From Octopus vulgaris (Eukaryota): a stretch of DNA of 64,000 bases. Positions 42,481-55,093 of this stretch are shown here, piece after piece (position 1 is the first letter of the stretch; each line of letters starts with the position of its first letter). The stretch lies in contig OX597824.1 of NCBI GenBank assembly GCA_951406725.2, positions 36,766,001-36,830,000 of the forward strand. Direction: 5' to 3'. The notes under the pieces are model-generated. The model did no database searches. It saw nothing but the letters and a program-made list of their open reading frames with translations, and was not told where the DNA came from. A program made the translations under genes and the position numbers.

Positions 42481-43493
42481 AAGGAGTGGAGCAGGTAAAA
42501 TTCAGAAAGTTGTTTTTATTCCTATCGCAGACTGCTCTAAGCTTACTAACTTCTTACACTTAGATCCTTAGATCATACACACACACACACAAACACATTC
42601 CTATTTGTCCAACCAACACATAAAAGCAAAAAATCCAAAGTGTTCTGTGGCACACAGTGACCCTTGCAAGTGGCTGTTTATCTTTCTACCCATCAGTTCA
42701 TGTATCCCAGATCAACTGTGCTTTTCATTCTTTCAGGGGTCAATAGAAAGGTACCTATCCACTGTCTTGGATTGGCAGGACTTTGACGTGGGGGTCATAG
42801 AAGATGTCTTGCAGTATATGTTGCAGCTTTATGCATTCTGCAAATGACACTGCCATGACACTGGTGCCAAACTGAATATCAGTCCAAATTGGTGGTCCAT
42901 CCCTTTGGTTGCAATAGAGAAGTATGGGCCTTGACAAATCAATGAGAGACAAAAATATTCTCACCTGGAAGGCACCTTTAAATATTTTTTACCTGACTCC
43001 ATACACATGAGGATGTAGGGATATTTAAGCAGGAGCTAGAATATTTTAAGCATCACAGAACTGAGTTGCATGGGAATGCACACGCACACACACACACACA
43101 CACATGCATGCACATGCACACGCACATACACAACATATATACAACAAACACACAGTTCTAACATGCGATCACAGATCAACAGATAAACTTACTTGCCAGG
43201 TAAGTGCAACTTTGAAATATGCATAAACAAATATACATATATGTATATTATAAACATGTATATGTGTGTGTGTATAAATATGCATATGTATGTGTACGTA
43301 CGTGTGTGTGAGTGTGTGTGTGTGTGTATGTGTGTGTGCCTGTATTAGTCAGAGATGGACAAACCCCAATTGTGTTAGTTGCCAGCTGAAGACTTCATAA
43401 TTCATGTTTTGTCATTGCTTTTATCTTTTCACTCCAATAAGTAACATGACTCACTTGGGTGTGTTGGGGGAGGGGGGAGAATGTGTACATGCA

Positions 43494-43536
<43 letters not shown>

Positions 43537-43669
43537 ATGCGAGCATGTAAGTGTATGTGAAATAGCTGAATGGATAGTCTATTGATCTATCATTTCAATG
43601 AACCTGAGTACATTATTCACTGCTGGTGTGCAACCCTTTATACCAGAGTTCTCATTTGACTTAGCTACA

Positions 43670-43724
<55 letters not shown>

Positions 43725-44224
43725 ACCAGACCTAGGTGGATGTACATGCCATCTCATATGAAAAGTCATACTTCTATAGCAGCAAAGTATTTGCTTTACA
43801 AACACCTGTAGCATGCAGTAACCTGTTTTGTGTCTGTATTTGTTATAACATGTGTGTGTGTGTGTGTATGAAAACCCTTTCATATCTACCATTGACAGCC
43901 TCCCTTTGTATCTTTCACCTTTGTCATGGTGCACCCCTCACTCATTAACCCACACTTCACATTTTCTCTTTCATCTAATGTGAAGGAGCGTGGCCAAGTG
44001 GTAAGAGTATTTGGCTCATGATCATAAAGCCTTGAGTTCGATTCCTGGTGTTATGTTTTGTCCCTGAGCAATAGATTTTATTTTATGTTACTCCAGTCCT
44101 CTCAGCTAACAAAAATGAGTAACACCTGTAATTCAAAGGATCATCTTCATCACATTCTGTGTCACACTGAATTTTCCTAAAAACTACATCAAGAGTACAC
44201 ATGTATATGGAATGCTCAACTACT

Positions 44225-44684
44225 TGATGCCAACCTAGCTGAAACCACCTCTGGCTCTGTAGTTAGTAAAAATGTCTAGTTTTCAAAAGTTCTGAATTAA
44301 AGGCGGTGAGCTGGCAGAAATGTTAGTGTGCCAGGTGAAATGCTTAGCGGTATTTCATCTGCCGTTACGTTCTGAGTTCATATTCCGCCGAAGTCGACTT
44401 TCGGGGTTGATAAATAAAGTACCAGTTACGCACTGCGGTCGATCTAATTGACTTAATCCCTTTGTCTGTCCTTGTTTGTCCCCTCTATGTTTAGCCCTTT
44501 GTGGGCAATAAAGAAATATAAAAAAAAGTTCTGAATTAAAATCTTCCACCAAACCTTAGTCACAATTTATGTTTCTAACACTAGCTTAATGATAACTAAG
44601 TTATTTTCGTAAATTTTTTGTTATATTTAAAATTAATTGAAAGAAACACAGAGCATCTCAACAGAAATATGGTAAACAAAATGG
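44225..44684. mobile_element. piggyBac-like MITE interrupted by a SINE (44302-44523, +) with 17-bp TSD
   Basis: Flanks are the reverse complement of 53452-53672; aaaagttctgaattaaa at 44285-44301 and 44524-44540. Confidence 0.88.
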
Positions 44685-46157
44685 TTAATTTCAGAAGCAA
44701 ATTGTTCTGTTGATCAAATCATCAAGAACATACATCATCATAACTGAAGGAGAGCAAGTTTCTTTAGTCTTTTTTCTGGCTCACTCCAATTTTCCTTATG
44801 TTCCCTGATTCCACCCTGCAAACTGAGACTCACCATTCTCAACACTTCTATCCATGTTTACTTCACTTCTGTCCACATCTTACAGTTTTTCACTCTCTTT
44901 GTGCACCCTCACAAACTCACCTATCCACCCAGCCATCCTTCATTCTCTACCCCTATTCTCTCCCGATCGACCATTTTGTACCTTGAAGCTATACCTTGAT
45001 ACTTCATTCCCACCATCTTTCTTCCTTTTCCACTAGGGTTGCTATGTCTTTCTCCTTTGCAGCAAGACACTTATTCTTGTCCCTCCTTCTTACTCTGGTC
45101 TCTCCGTACCTGACACAAAATGAACTCCCTTCCCACTGTTCCTCCACGCTGTAATGAGTCTTGTCCTTATGAGTTACTTAGTGGCTTCACTAGTTCTGGT
45201 GTCACCAAAAACATACCTCATACACTCTGTAAAGTGGCTGGTGTTAGGAAGGGCATCTAGCTGTAGAGGCCATACCAAAACAGACACTGGAGCCCAATGC
45301 AGTCTTCTGACATATAAGACCCTTTCAAACTGTGCAACCCATGCCAACATGGAAAAAAAGGACATTAAATGATGATGATGATGAGTATAGTCTGAATTTG
45401 TGGAGATGCGATGTATGATTTGATGCTAAGTGAAGTAGTGTGTGTGTGTGTGTATGTATTTATGTGTGTGTGTATGTGTGTGTATGTATGTGTGTGTGAG
45501 CACACGCCTTTGTGTGCGTATGCAGTGAGGTGTGTGGTATAGTGAGTGTGTGATGTAAGATAGTGTTGTAGGCGTGTGTATATGGTATACTTTGACATGG
45601 TGTATGTGAGTAAAATAGTATACACACGTGCGCGTGTGTTGTATGGTGTATCTATGTGTGTGTGTGTGTGCGTGTGTGTGTGTAAGTATTGTTAAGGGTT
45701 TAATGTCATGTAGAAGTGTGTGTGTATGGTATGACATATTTTGTGCATGTGTGTGTATGGTAAAGGTTGAATGAGATGCATTACTTGTTGCATGTATGTG
45801 CATGTATTTGTGTGAACATGTGCAAGTAGCATGATGTGGTGTGTGTGTGTGTAATGGTGGCATAGTATGTATGGTATGGAGTGTATGAGAAGGTGATGGT
45901 GGTGATGTGATGTTTGATGTGTTCATGTATAACTTGTGTGTTTGGTGCTTTGTTTGTTGGAGTGGGGGTCTGTGGTATGCTGTATATGAGATGTGTATGT
46001 ATTCATGTGTTTATTTGTGTATGTGTGTGAGTGTGTGTGTGTGTGTGTGTATGTGTGCATGTGCGTGTGTGTGTGTGTGGATATCGAACTATTTGGATGA
46101 TCATGACAATGCACATGTCTGGACATGTATGTGTGTGCATGCATGTGAGTGTGTGCA

Positions 46158-46202
<45 letters not shown>

Positions 46203-46297
46203 ATCTATGCTGCCTGAGTGTACATATATGTTGAGTTCATGTGTCTATTTATAATACATGTGTGTTGATTCCAAGTGTTTATTATAAGTACATATGT

Positions 46298-46341
<44 letters not shown>

Positions 46342-47186
46342 CTGTATGTTTGTGCATGTGTACACTTCACTGACTGGATATGTTTATTTCCTTAGATGCA
46401 ATTGTTGTTGCATGCAAGTGTATTTGTATATTTGTTTGCAGGTGCCACCTAGTGCAAGTGTATCAATAATGCTGTATGTAAATGTTTGTATGTGCATGAG
46501 ACAAGAGACAGTACCATATATGCATATATGTAAGCATGTTGAAATAACACTGTATGTGTGCATAAAACATACAAGTGTGTGTATCTGTGTCTGTGTGTGT
46601 GTGTGTGTATGTTTCTGTGTGCGCATGTGGGTTTCTGTCTTATAAAAGGAATCTATATGTTTACTGAACTAAGTGTATGTGTTTTGTTGCAGTAAATGTG
46701 TGGGTGTTAACTTGAATAACAATATGAATATGTATATGTGTCTATTTGCTAAACAAAGTGTTTGTTGCAGAGAGTAGTCTTTTATACTTTTACAAGCTTT
46801 AATCATTGGACATCAGTCATAGCAGGGCTCCATCTTCAAGAGTCCTTTTTTTTGTTTGTTTGTTTTTTTGTTTGTTTTTTTTTTGTTTTTTGTTTTTTTT
46901 TAAATCAATCATTGTCCTCACAATCAGTTAGCTATTTATTTCATTTTGTTGTAGTTTAGCAACTGTTAGTATTCTGACTCAACATTGGCCTTTTGCTTAT
47001 AATTGGTAGACTTGTCAAACATAGAAAGGCAGACATTGTCACATACACACACACAGATACACACACATACATATATACATACATACATACACTCTCACAC
47101 ACATGCGCGTACACACACACACACACTTATTGTACTTCCAAAACCTCAGGTTCGTCAAAATGGGCGAGTTTCCTCAAGAATACAGA

Positions 47187-47403
47187 TTGATTTCAAATTT
47201 TTGACACAAGGCCAGCAATTTCAGGGGAGATGGCTAGTTGATTATATTGACCCCTGGTGTTTGACTGCTACTAATTTTACCAACTCCAAAAGGATGAAAA
47301 GCAAAGTCAACCTTGGTAGAATTTGAACTCAGAATGTAAAGACTGACGATATGTCACTAAGCATTTTGTCTGGCATGTTAATAATTCTGCCAGCTTGCCA
47401 CCT
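47187..47403 (-). mobile_element. Short tRNA-derived SINE with diverged TSD
   Basis: Matches the 44302 family; ctcaagaataca (left) and ctcaagcataca (right) flank it. Confidence 0.8.
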
Positions 47404-47564
47404 TATCTCAAGCATACATATTACCAGTCATTCTGGTCCTTTCTTAACTTCTCCATGAGGTTCACGCCTCCTCAAGCCTTCTCCATTTACCATCAAATCT
47501 CTAATCATCAACTTTCTATCGTACTGCATACTTCATCTTTTTGTATGATACCAAAAATCTTACT

Positions 47565-48210
47565 ACTCCATCTTTCATTATTTACATTTGATGGATATTT
47601 GTCCTCTTCTTGTTTGTTGTTAACACAACATTTCGGCTGATATACTCTCCAAGCCTTCATCAAGTGTCTTGGGGAAATTTCAAACCTGGGTTCTCATTCC
47701 TAAGGAGGAGGAGGAGGATGTTGTTGTTGTTGTTGTTGTTGTTCAGGTCACTGATTGGAATCGAACTTGGAATCTTGGGGTTAGTAGCCCGCACTACGCC
47801 ATATACTCATGGGCAATTGTGGAGTGAATTTTAGGGCTTATAAATCTAATATTTTCCTATCCTTCCTTAATACTTGTTCCCATATACTGTTCATATCTGC
47901 ACTCGGTCTATTTAGGAGGTTGCTGTGTCCTAGCATATGTGCTGCTTCTTTTAGTCTTCATATTTTCCAGTGGTGTTCTCTGTCTATTATTTTAACTTCA
48001 TCCAACAGGGGGAGGTATTAAGGAAGGATAGGAAAATATTAGATTTATAAACCCTAAAATTCACTCCATAAATGCCCACATATGGCATAGTGGTTAAGAG
48101 CGAGGGCTACTAACACCAAGATTCCAAGTTCGATTCCAAGCAGTCTATAACATCGAAAAATACCTTAGGAATGATTTCCCCAAGGCACCTGATGAAGGCT
48201 GGAGGGTATA
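47565..48210 (-). mobile_element. 5'-truncated Penelope-like element with inverted terminal repeat, GIY-YIG C-terminal remnant, tRNA-like cassette and hammerhead core
   Basis: Minus strand ~47850-48005 reads DEVKIIDREHHWKI*RLKEAAHMLGHSNLLNRPSADMNSIWEQVLRKDR; arms 47641-47875 and 48016-48210 are reverse complements. Confidence 0.85.
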
Positions 48211-49002
48211 CACATATGCACACACATACATATATGTGTATGTATGAATGAATGAATGAATGAATGAATGAATGAATACACACACACACACACATACATA
48301 CATAAGAAAAAATCAAACACACATACATGGTGTATTTATGTTGTTAGTAGGTCGAATGCTGTTTATATACAAGCTGCTTCTAATTTATATTTGAATGTGT
48401 GTGTGTGTGTGTATGAATGTATGTCAGAGTAGGTTAAGAAGCTCTCAAGAGAGCTGAACAGCAGAAAGTCTTCCAAGAAGAAACCCTGCACAGGCAAGTG
48501 CCTTGATCCTTAACTTCTTACCTTCTAAGGGGGGCTGGCCACATTTTAGCCACTTGGATATCAAAGACTTGTGCATTGGAGATTTTTATCTAGTTAGAAT
48601 TCCTCTCCATTGATTCAGCTTTCAAACATATACTTGAAGAAATAACGTTGGTTGTCATAGTAGTGAAACAATTTCAGTTTCTGTCAACCAAATACATGCC
48701 CTAGGCTGGCCCAGGGTTATAGTAGGAGACACATGCTCAAGGTACTACACAGTGGGCCAAACACAAAGCCACATGGTTGGGAAGCAAGCTTCTTATGCAG
48801 CCATGCCTGTACCTATCATCATCATCATCATCATCATCGTTTAACGTCCGCTTTCCATGCTAGCATGGGTTGGACGATTCAACTGGGGTCTGGCAAACTC
48901 GGAGGCTGCACCAGGCCAGTCAGATCTGGCAGTGTTTCTACAGCTGGATGCCCTTCCTAATGCCAACCACTCCGAGAGTGTAGTGGGTGATTTTATATAT
49001 AT

Positions 49003-49090
49003 ATCAAAATAAGCAACAAGGATATCCAGAGGTAATGCAGTACGATCATTTCATGCATTACCTCTGGATATCTTTGTTGTTTATTTTGAT
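49003..49090. repeat. 88-nt hairpin (37-bp arms, 14-nt loop)
   Basis: atcaaaataagcaacaaggatatccagaggtaatgca / tgcattacctctggatatctttgttgtttattttgat; the only non-Watson-Crick pairs are G-T. Confidence 0.92.
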
Positions 49091-49179
49091 TTTAATCACC
49101 TTATTTTGAAATTGTATGGATAATACCATACTAAATTCTGGTGCCTCAACTTAAGACCATATTCATCTGAATCTATATA

Positions 49180-49213
<34 letters not shown>

Positions 49214-49262
49214 CACATATATACGTATATATATATATATATATATACATATATATATCATA

Positions 49263-49488
49263 GAGGCACAATGGTCCAGTGGTTAGGGCAGTGAACTTGC
49301 TGTCATAGGATCATGGTTTCAATTCCCAGACCAGGCTTTGTGAGTGTTCACTAAGCGAAAACACTTAAAGCTCATGGAAATTTAGGTATTTTTGCTCAAT
49401 AAACACTCACAATGCCTGGTCTGAGAATCAAAACCACAATCTTATGACTGCAAGTCCGCTGTCCTAACCACTGGGCCATTGCACCTCC
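49263..49488. mobile_element. Two SINE 5' halves in inverted (convergent) orientation
   Basis: 49263-49368 (+) and 49381-49488 (-) both match the head of the 27587 family. Confidence 0.88.
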
Positions 49489-50607
49489 ATATATATTATA
49501 TATACATATAGTGCAGAGTGCGAGAGAGAGATACATATCTCATAACAAGGACAGACAAAGGGATTAAGTCGATTACATCGACTCCAGTGTGAAACTGGTA
49601 CTTTATTTATCGACCCCGAGAGGATCAAAGGTAAAGTCGACCACTGCAGAATTTGAACTCAGAACGTAAAGACAGACAAAATACCGCTTGGCATTTCTCC
49701 CGGCATGCTAACATTTCTGCCAGCTGTATATGTTTGTTAATGTGTATCAGCTTGTATATATTGTTGCTCATGTATGAGAGAATGCGTGAATGAAATGCTG
49801 CTACACTGTGTCTGCTACAGTGTATATGTATGTATGTTTGTCTGCTAGTGTGTGTGTGTGTTCATATATACATAAGTTGAATGTGAGTCAAGTTATCGCT
49901 GTATGCGTATGTCTGTCCAAAACAATAATAAATAACTCTGTCTTAATGTGTATGTGTATGCGTCTGAAAAAGGTATGCGTATGTCTGTATGAAACAATAA
50001 TAAATACCTCTGTCTTCATGTGTGTGTATGTGTCTGAAAAATGTATATGTATGTGAAAGCTTGATATTGGGAATGTGTTGTATACACTCCACTAAAAATT
50101 AATATGTGTGTGTGCACATGTGAGTGAGTGTGTGTGTATATGCATGTGTGTATGTGTCTGCGTGCATCAAGAGCAGCACTAATAAATGTCTCTACTCAGA
50201 TGAGTTTGTGTGTGTGTCTGTGTATGAGTATGTGTGTATGTTGTTATTCTCTATGTCAGTGTATGTAAGAGCCATCTACTTTTCTTTCTCTCTCTCTCTC
50301 TCTTCCACAGCCTCTGCCCCCCCCCCACCACCACCACCACCACTGTAGTGGTGTATTCACCACCAGCACTAATTAAACACATAACCAATGCACTAAGATG
50401 TGAAAAACAAACAATGGCAGCAAAACCTCTTTAATTGGAAACTGTGATGGAAAACAATGAAAGGATCCATGTTGAGAGTTGATTGTAGAAATAATAATTA
50501 ATTGATCCTGATGAACTATTGTTGCTGTTGCTACAAGCAGTGGTGGCAGTGGCAGTGGTGGTCTTGGTGGTGGTGGTGGCCCTGGTAGTGGAGGTGATGG
50601 TGGTGAT

Positions 50608-50812
50608 GGAAGTGGTGGTGAGGGTGAGGGTGTAGCAGTGGTTGTAGTGATGGCAATGGTGGTGGTCTTTGGTGGTATTGGTAGCCATAATACCATTCAG
50701 TGGTGGTGGTGGTGGTGGAAGTGATAGTGGTGAGGGTGAGGGTGTGGCAGTGGTTGTAGTGATGATAATGGTGGTGGTCTTTGGTGTTGTTGGTAGCCAT
50801 AATACCATTCGG
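50608..50812. repeat. ~110-bp tandem duplication in GGT-rich low-complexity sequence
   Basis: gtgagggtgagggtgt...ggtagccataataccattc occurs twice. Confidence 0.8.
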
Positions 50813-51023
50813 CGGTCGTGGTGATAGTGTCGGTAGTAGTTGTGGTGATGGTATTGTTGCTGTAACAGCTACATTTATTGTTGTTGCTGTTGTTGTCAGT
50901 GTTGTAATAGCTGGGTGTACAATGCGCTTAGTTGTTAATAATATTGTTGATGTTGTTATTGTCGTTGTTGTTGAGGTTGAGGTTATCTGTTCCAGTTTTT
51001 AATCCAATAAGATTGCAACAAAG

Positions 51024-51814
51024 TATGTACCAGTAATATACTGTACATCAATTAAACTGACAACACAACCCCACTCTTCATTAATTAGTTTTCTCATTCA
51101 GAAATCACCTTATTTGGTTTTCGAAAGTCGTTATTTCATGCAATTACTTCTGCTGTTACTGTTGTTGTTGTTGCCTGCTTCACTGTTCTTTAATCACACA
51201 GTATATTATTATCATTATTATTATTATTATTATCATTATTATTATTATTATTATTATTGTTATTATATATTTGTATATTTATCTAATGCAGCAAATTTAG
51301 TAAACAGCTTTGATATACGTTTGCTTTGCCACCAGATTAACAAAATCAAAGGACAATTCAAGACATGCTAACAATTTGATTTCTACTGAGGCATTCAAGT
51401 TAATAAGAGAGAAAATTGTATTTCAAGTTCAGTTTCCATGCTTATTAATCACATCACATCCACAGCAAACAACAGTATAAATTAAATATAAAACAAAAGA
51501 AGAAAACTTAGACTACATTATCTGATTAATAAGAATAATGAAATTAGATTTTTTTTTCCTTTTCCTTCAAACATTTTTTTAGTTTGTTTTGTAGTTTTAA
51601 ATGAATAACAGGATTGGTATTTTATAATAATTTCCAGATAATCCTCATAACTTGCTTCAGGAAGCATGTCAAATAACAGACTTCAAAAAAAGTAATTATT
51701 ACATTATTCGTACTGGAAGTTCAGCAGAGATAGCTGTTGGCTAAACAGGTTGTTAGATGAAATTCTGGGAGAAATAGGTTCAAAAGCTTAGTTCACAGCT
51801 GAGCTTTCTCTTAA
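51024..51814 (+). repeat. Local segmental duplication, copy 1
   Basis: Colinear with 53813-54613 from tatgtaccagtaata to ttcacagctgagctttct. Confidence 0.95.
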
Positions 51815-53069
51815 ATCATTGTACCACGACAAAAGAAATTTAACATGTATCATCACTGACATTATCAACATCATCATCATCATCACTATCATTGTCACCA
51901 TGTCCATTGTCACTTTATTTTACACAGCCATATTAGGGCCGCCTCATAAAACACTGCATTACTAAACACTGTGCTACTAAATACAGTGCTACTAAACATT
52001 GTCTTATTAAATACAGCCATATCGAATACTATCTCATTGGATTATTATTATTATTGTTTTACTTCTCAGCGCACTCAATCTTGTTTGCTCTGGTAGATTC
52101 TGTTAGAGTGGACAGCAGCCTGCTATCAGACGTCTCATGGGATCTCTTTCCACACATTATAAGCTTTGGTACTTGGTTGTTAATTATTGTGGGAGACATC
52201 CAACATCGAAGTACCAATCTCAAAATCCTAGCTGTTCAGTGCAGATTTATTGCAGATTTATCATCATCATCATTATTATTATTATTATTATTATTATTAG
52301 GTGGCAAGCTGGCAGAAACATTAACATGCCAAGCAATGCTTAGCAGCATTTTGTCCAGCATTACATACTGAGTTCAAATTCCACTGAGGACAACTTTGCC
52401 TTTCATCCTTTAAAAATCAACAAAATAAGTACCAGTTCAACACTGGGGGTTGATGTAATTTATTTATCCCCTCCTTGAAATTGTTGGCTTTGTGTCAAAA
52501 TTTGAAATCATTATTATCATTATTACTGTTGTTGTTGTTGTTATTGTTATTGGGAGAGAGCAGTGCATGCCATCAAAGTGACACAGGGGCACACTTATAT
52601 GAAGCCCAATATACCCATCATGACTACCTGTCTAATAAGGAAACACCAGGCACATGCATCGCAAACATATGTGCACGACATGTTGATCTTATATCAAGAT
52701 AAACAGTGCATGACTTTGCAGGTGGGACCCAGTTAGAATTTTCTTCAGGTTGAGTAGACCATCCCACTCAAAAGCCCTCTGAATAAGGTTTGCTTAAGAA
52801 TGATGAATGAAACAGCCATGTTTCCAGAGTGAATTATACAAACCCCCAAAGATTCCCTCTCAACACATGGCTATGATTCTCCCCTACTACTTCTGCTCAT
52901 GACCAGAGATGCACATATCGTCAGCCACCAAGTGACATGCTCAACTGGTTATGGTCAAACAACTGACAAGCAAATCTGTGACACTGAGCAGAATATTTAC
53001 TGTAGCTCATCTTTTATACCAAGACAAAACAATGTACATGATAACACTTCCAATCTGCAATTCTGTTCT

Positions 53070-53400
53070 GGTTGTAGGAGTCAGCACCCTTGTTGGTGCA
53101 GCTTCACCAGGCAGGAAAGCAACTTCAATGCCTGAGTTGGTACAGACTACCAGACATGGGAGGGAGTCACTGGGAGAAATGGAGTAGGAAAGAGCAACGA
53201 CAACTGTTATCTACTGCTGAAGGCCTATGCAACAGATGACCTGTTGATCACCAACACAATGTTTCTCTTGCTCAACCACAAAAATACATCTTGGATGCAT
53301 CCATGCAGGATGCCAATGTTTGCTTCCTGGATGCATCCATGCAGCAAACATTGGCATCTAGTTGACTATGTCATGGACAGGAGACAGGAGATGCGAGATG
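53070..53400 (+). mobile_element. RTE-BovB-like LINE endonuclease fragment
   Basis: NFNA*VGTDYQTWEGVTGRNGVGKSNDNCYLLLKAYATDDLLITNTMFLLLNHKNTSWMHP..SKHWHLVDYVM. Confidence 0.9.
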
Positions 53401-53451
53401 CCACATCAGACTAACCTTAATAAAGCACCTTATTAAAAACAACATTATTAA

Positions 53452-53672
53452 CCCTTTCGTTACTGTATTTATTTTGAGATGCTCTGTGTTTCTTTCAATT
53501 AATTTTAAATACAACAAAGAATTTAGTAAAATAACTTAGTTATCATTCATCTAGGGTTAGGAATATAAATTGTGACTAAGGTTTGGTGGAAGATTTTAAT
53601 TCAAAACTTATGCAAACAAGACATTTGTACACAGAGCCAGGGCCAGTTTCAGCCGGGTTGGTAGCGAAAGGG
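53452..53672. mobile_element. piggyBac-like MITE, 221 bp
   Basis: ttaa|ccctttcgttac ... gtagcgaaaggg|ttat. Confidence 0.8.
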
Positions 53673-53812
53673 TTATACTGCCATATTTAACACACCTACG
53701 TGGGTTGCTGTTACTCTTGCAACAGCTGTGAATGTTGTTTATGCTGTAACAATCATGTTTGTTATTGTTAGTGTTGTAAAAGTTATGTCATATATTCCTT
53801 GTTTCAATAAAA

Positions 53813-54011
53813 TATGTACCAGTAATATCCTGTACATCAATTAAACTGACAACTCAACCTCTCTTTTCATTAATTAGTTTTCTCGTTCAGAAATCACCTT
53901 ATTTGGCTTTCGAAAGTCGTTATTTCATGCAATTATTTCTGCAGCTGTTGTTGATATTGTTGTTGTTGTTGTTGTTGTTGCCTACCTCGCTGTTCTTTAA
54001 TCACTCGGTTT

Positions 54012-54042
<31 letters not shown>

Positions 54043-54613
54043 ATATCATTATCATTGTTATTATATATTTGTATATTTATCTAATGCAACAAATTTAGTA
54101 GACAGCTTTGATATATTTTTCGTTTTGCCACCAGATTAACCAAGTCAAAGGACTATTCAAGACATGCTAACAATTTGATTTCTACTGAGGCATTCAAGTT
54201 AATAAGAGAGAAAATTGTATTTCAAGTTCAGTTTCCATGCTTATTAATCACATCTCATCCACAACAAACAACTAAGAAACAACAGTATAAATTAAATATA
54301 TAAAAATAACAAGAAAACTTAAACTACATTATCTGATTAAAAAGAATAATGAAATTAGATTTTTATCCTTTTCCTTCAAACGTTTTTAATTTGTTTGTAA
54401 TTTTAAATGAATAAGATAGAAATGATATTTCATAATAATTTCTAAATGATCCTCTTAACCTCCTTCAGGAAACTTGTCAGGATAACGGGCTTCAAAACAG
54501 CAATTATTGCATTATTCATAATGGAAGTTCAGTAGAGATAGCTGTTGGCTAAAGAGGTTGTTAGATGAAGGTTTGGGATAAAAAAAACCATTCACAGCTG
54601 AGCTTTCTTTTAA
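53813..54613 (+). repeat. Local segmental duplication, copy 2
   Basis: Colinear with 51024-51814. Confidence 0.95.
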
Positions 54614-54883
54614 CACTTTGCCTACCTAGTTCATTTTGCAATATATTTTCTTTTGTAGCAGCAGTCTTGTTTTGTAATAAATTATGCATTCAACAAAGCA
54701 CAGGCATGGCTGTGTAGTAAGAAGCTTGCTTCTCAACCGCATGGTTCTGGGTTCAAGTCTCACAGAGTGACAACTTGGGCAAGCATCATCTACTACAGAA
54801 TCAGGCCAACCAAAGCCTTGTAAGTGGATATAGTAGACAGAAACTAAGAGAAGCACATCATTATATATATATATATATATATA

Positions 54884-55093
54884 GTTAATCCAAACATGAC
54901 AACACAAAGAGAAAACACAACAACACGAGGACATGGAACAAGTATAGTATTATTGGACACTCAGGAAAGGAAAGAAAGAAGGAGGATTTAATGTTTCGAG
55001 TGGAGCTCTTCGTCAGAAACATAGGAAAAGGAAAGATCCAAAGAAGGGAAGACGGAGGGAAAAAAATCACCAACGGTACACACACAGTCACAT
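54884..55093 (-). mobile_element. Penelope-like terminal-repeat fragment with minimal hammerhead core, nested in a SINE (~54700-55470)
   Basis: Minus strand tttCTGACGAagagctccactcGAAAcattaaa at 54987-55020; flanked by (TA)n. Confidence 0.7.

Noticed and set aside
43186-43208. ACTTACCTGGCA on minus, matching the U1 snRNA 5' end
   Set aside because: Only 12 nt, explained by a consensus donor-like site on plus; no further U1 sequence.
47128-47183. Minus-strand VFLRKLAHFDEPEVLEVQ as the next myosin exon
   Set aside because: No AG acceptor, a stop follows, there is no IQ-like continuation, and the start coincides with a SINE TSD.
48074-48145. Functional tRNA gene (also SINE heads at 2612, 5877, 27587, 40856)
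   Set aside because: No complete acceptor stem or terminator, and each is embedded in a repeat, so these are tRNA-derived only.
50373-50808. Pro/Thr/His-rich ORFs resembling mucin or formin
   Set aside because: GGT-type low complexity with a tandem duplication that shifts frame; no convincing splice signals.
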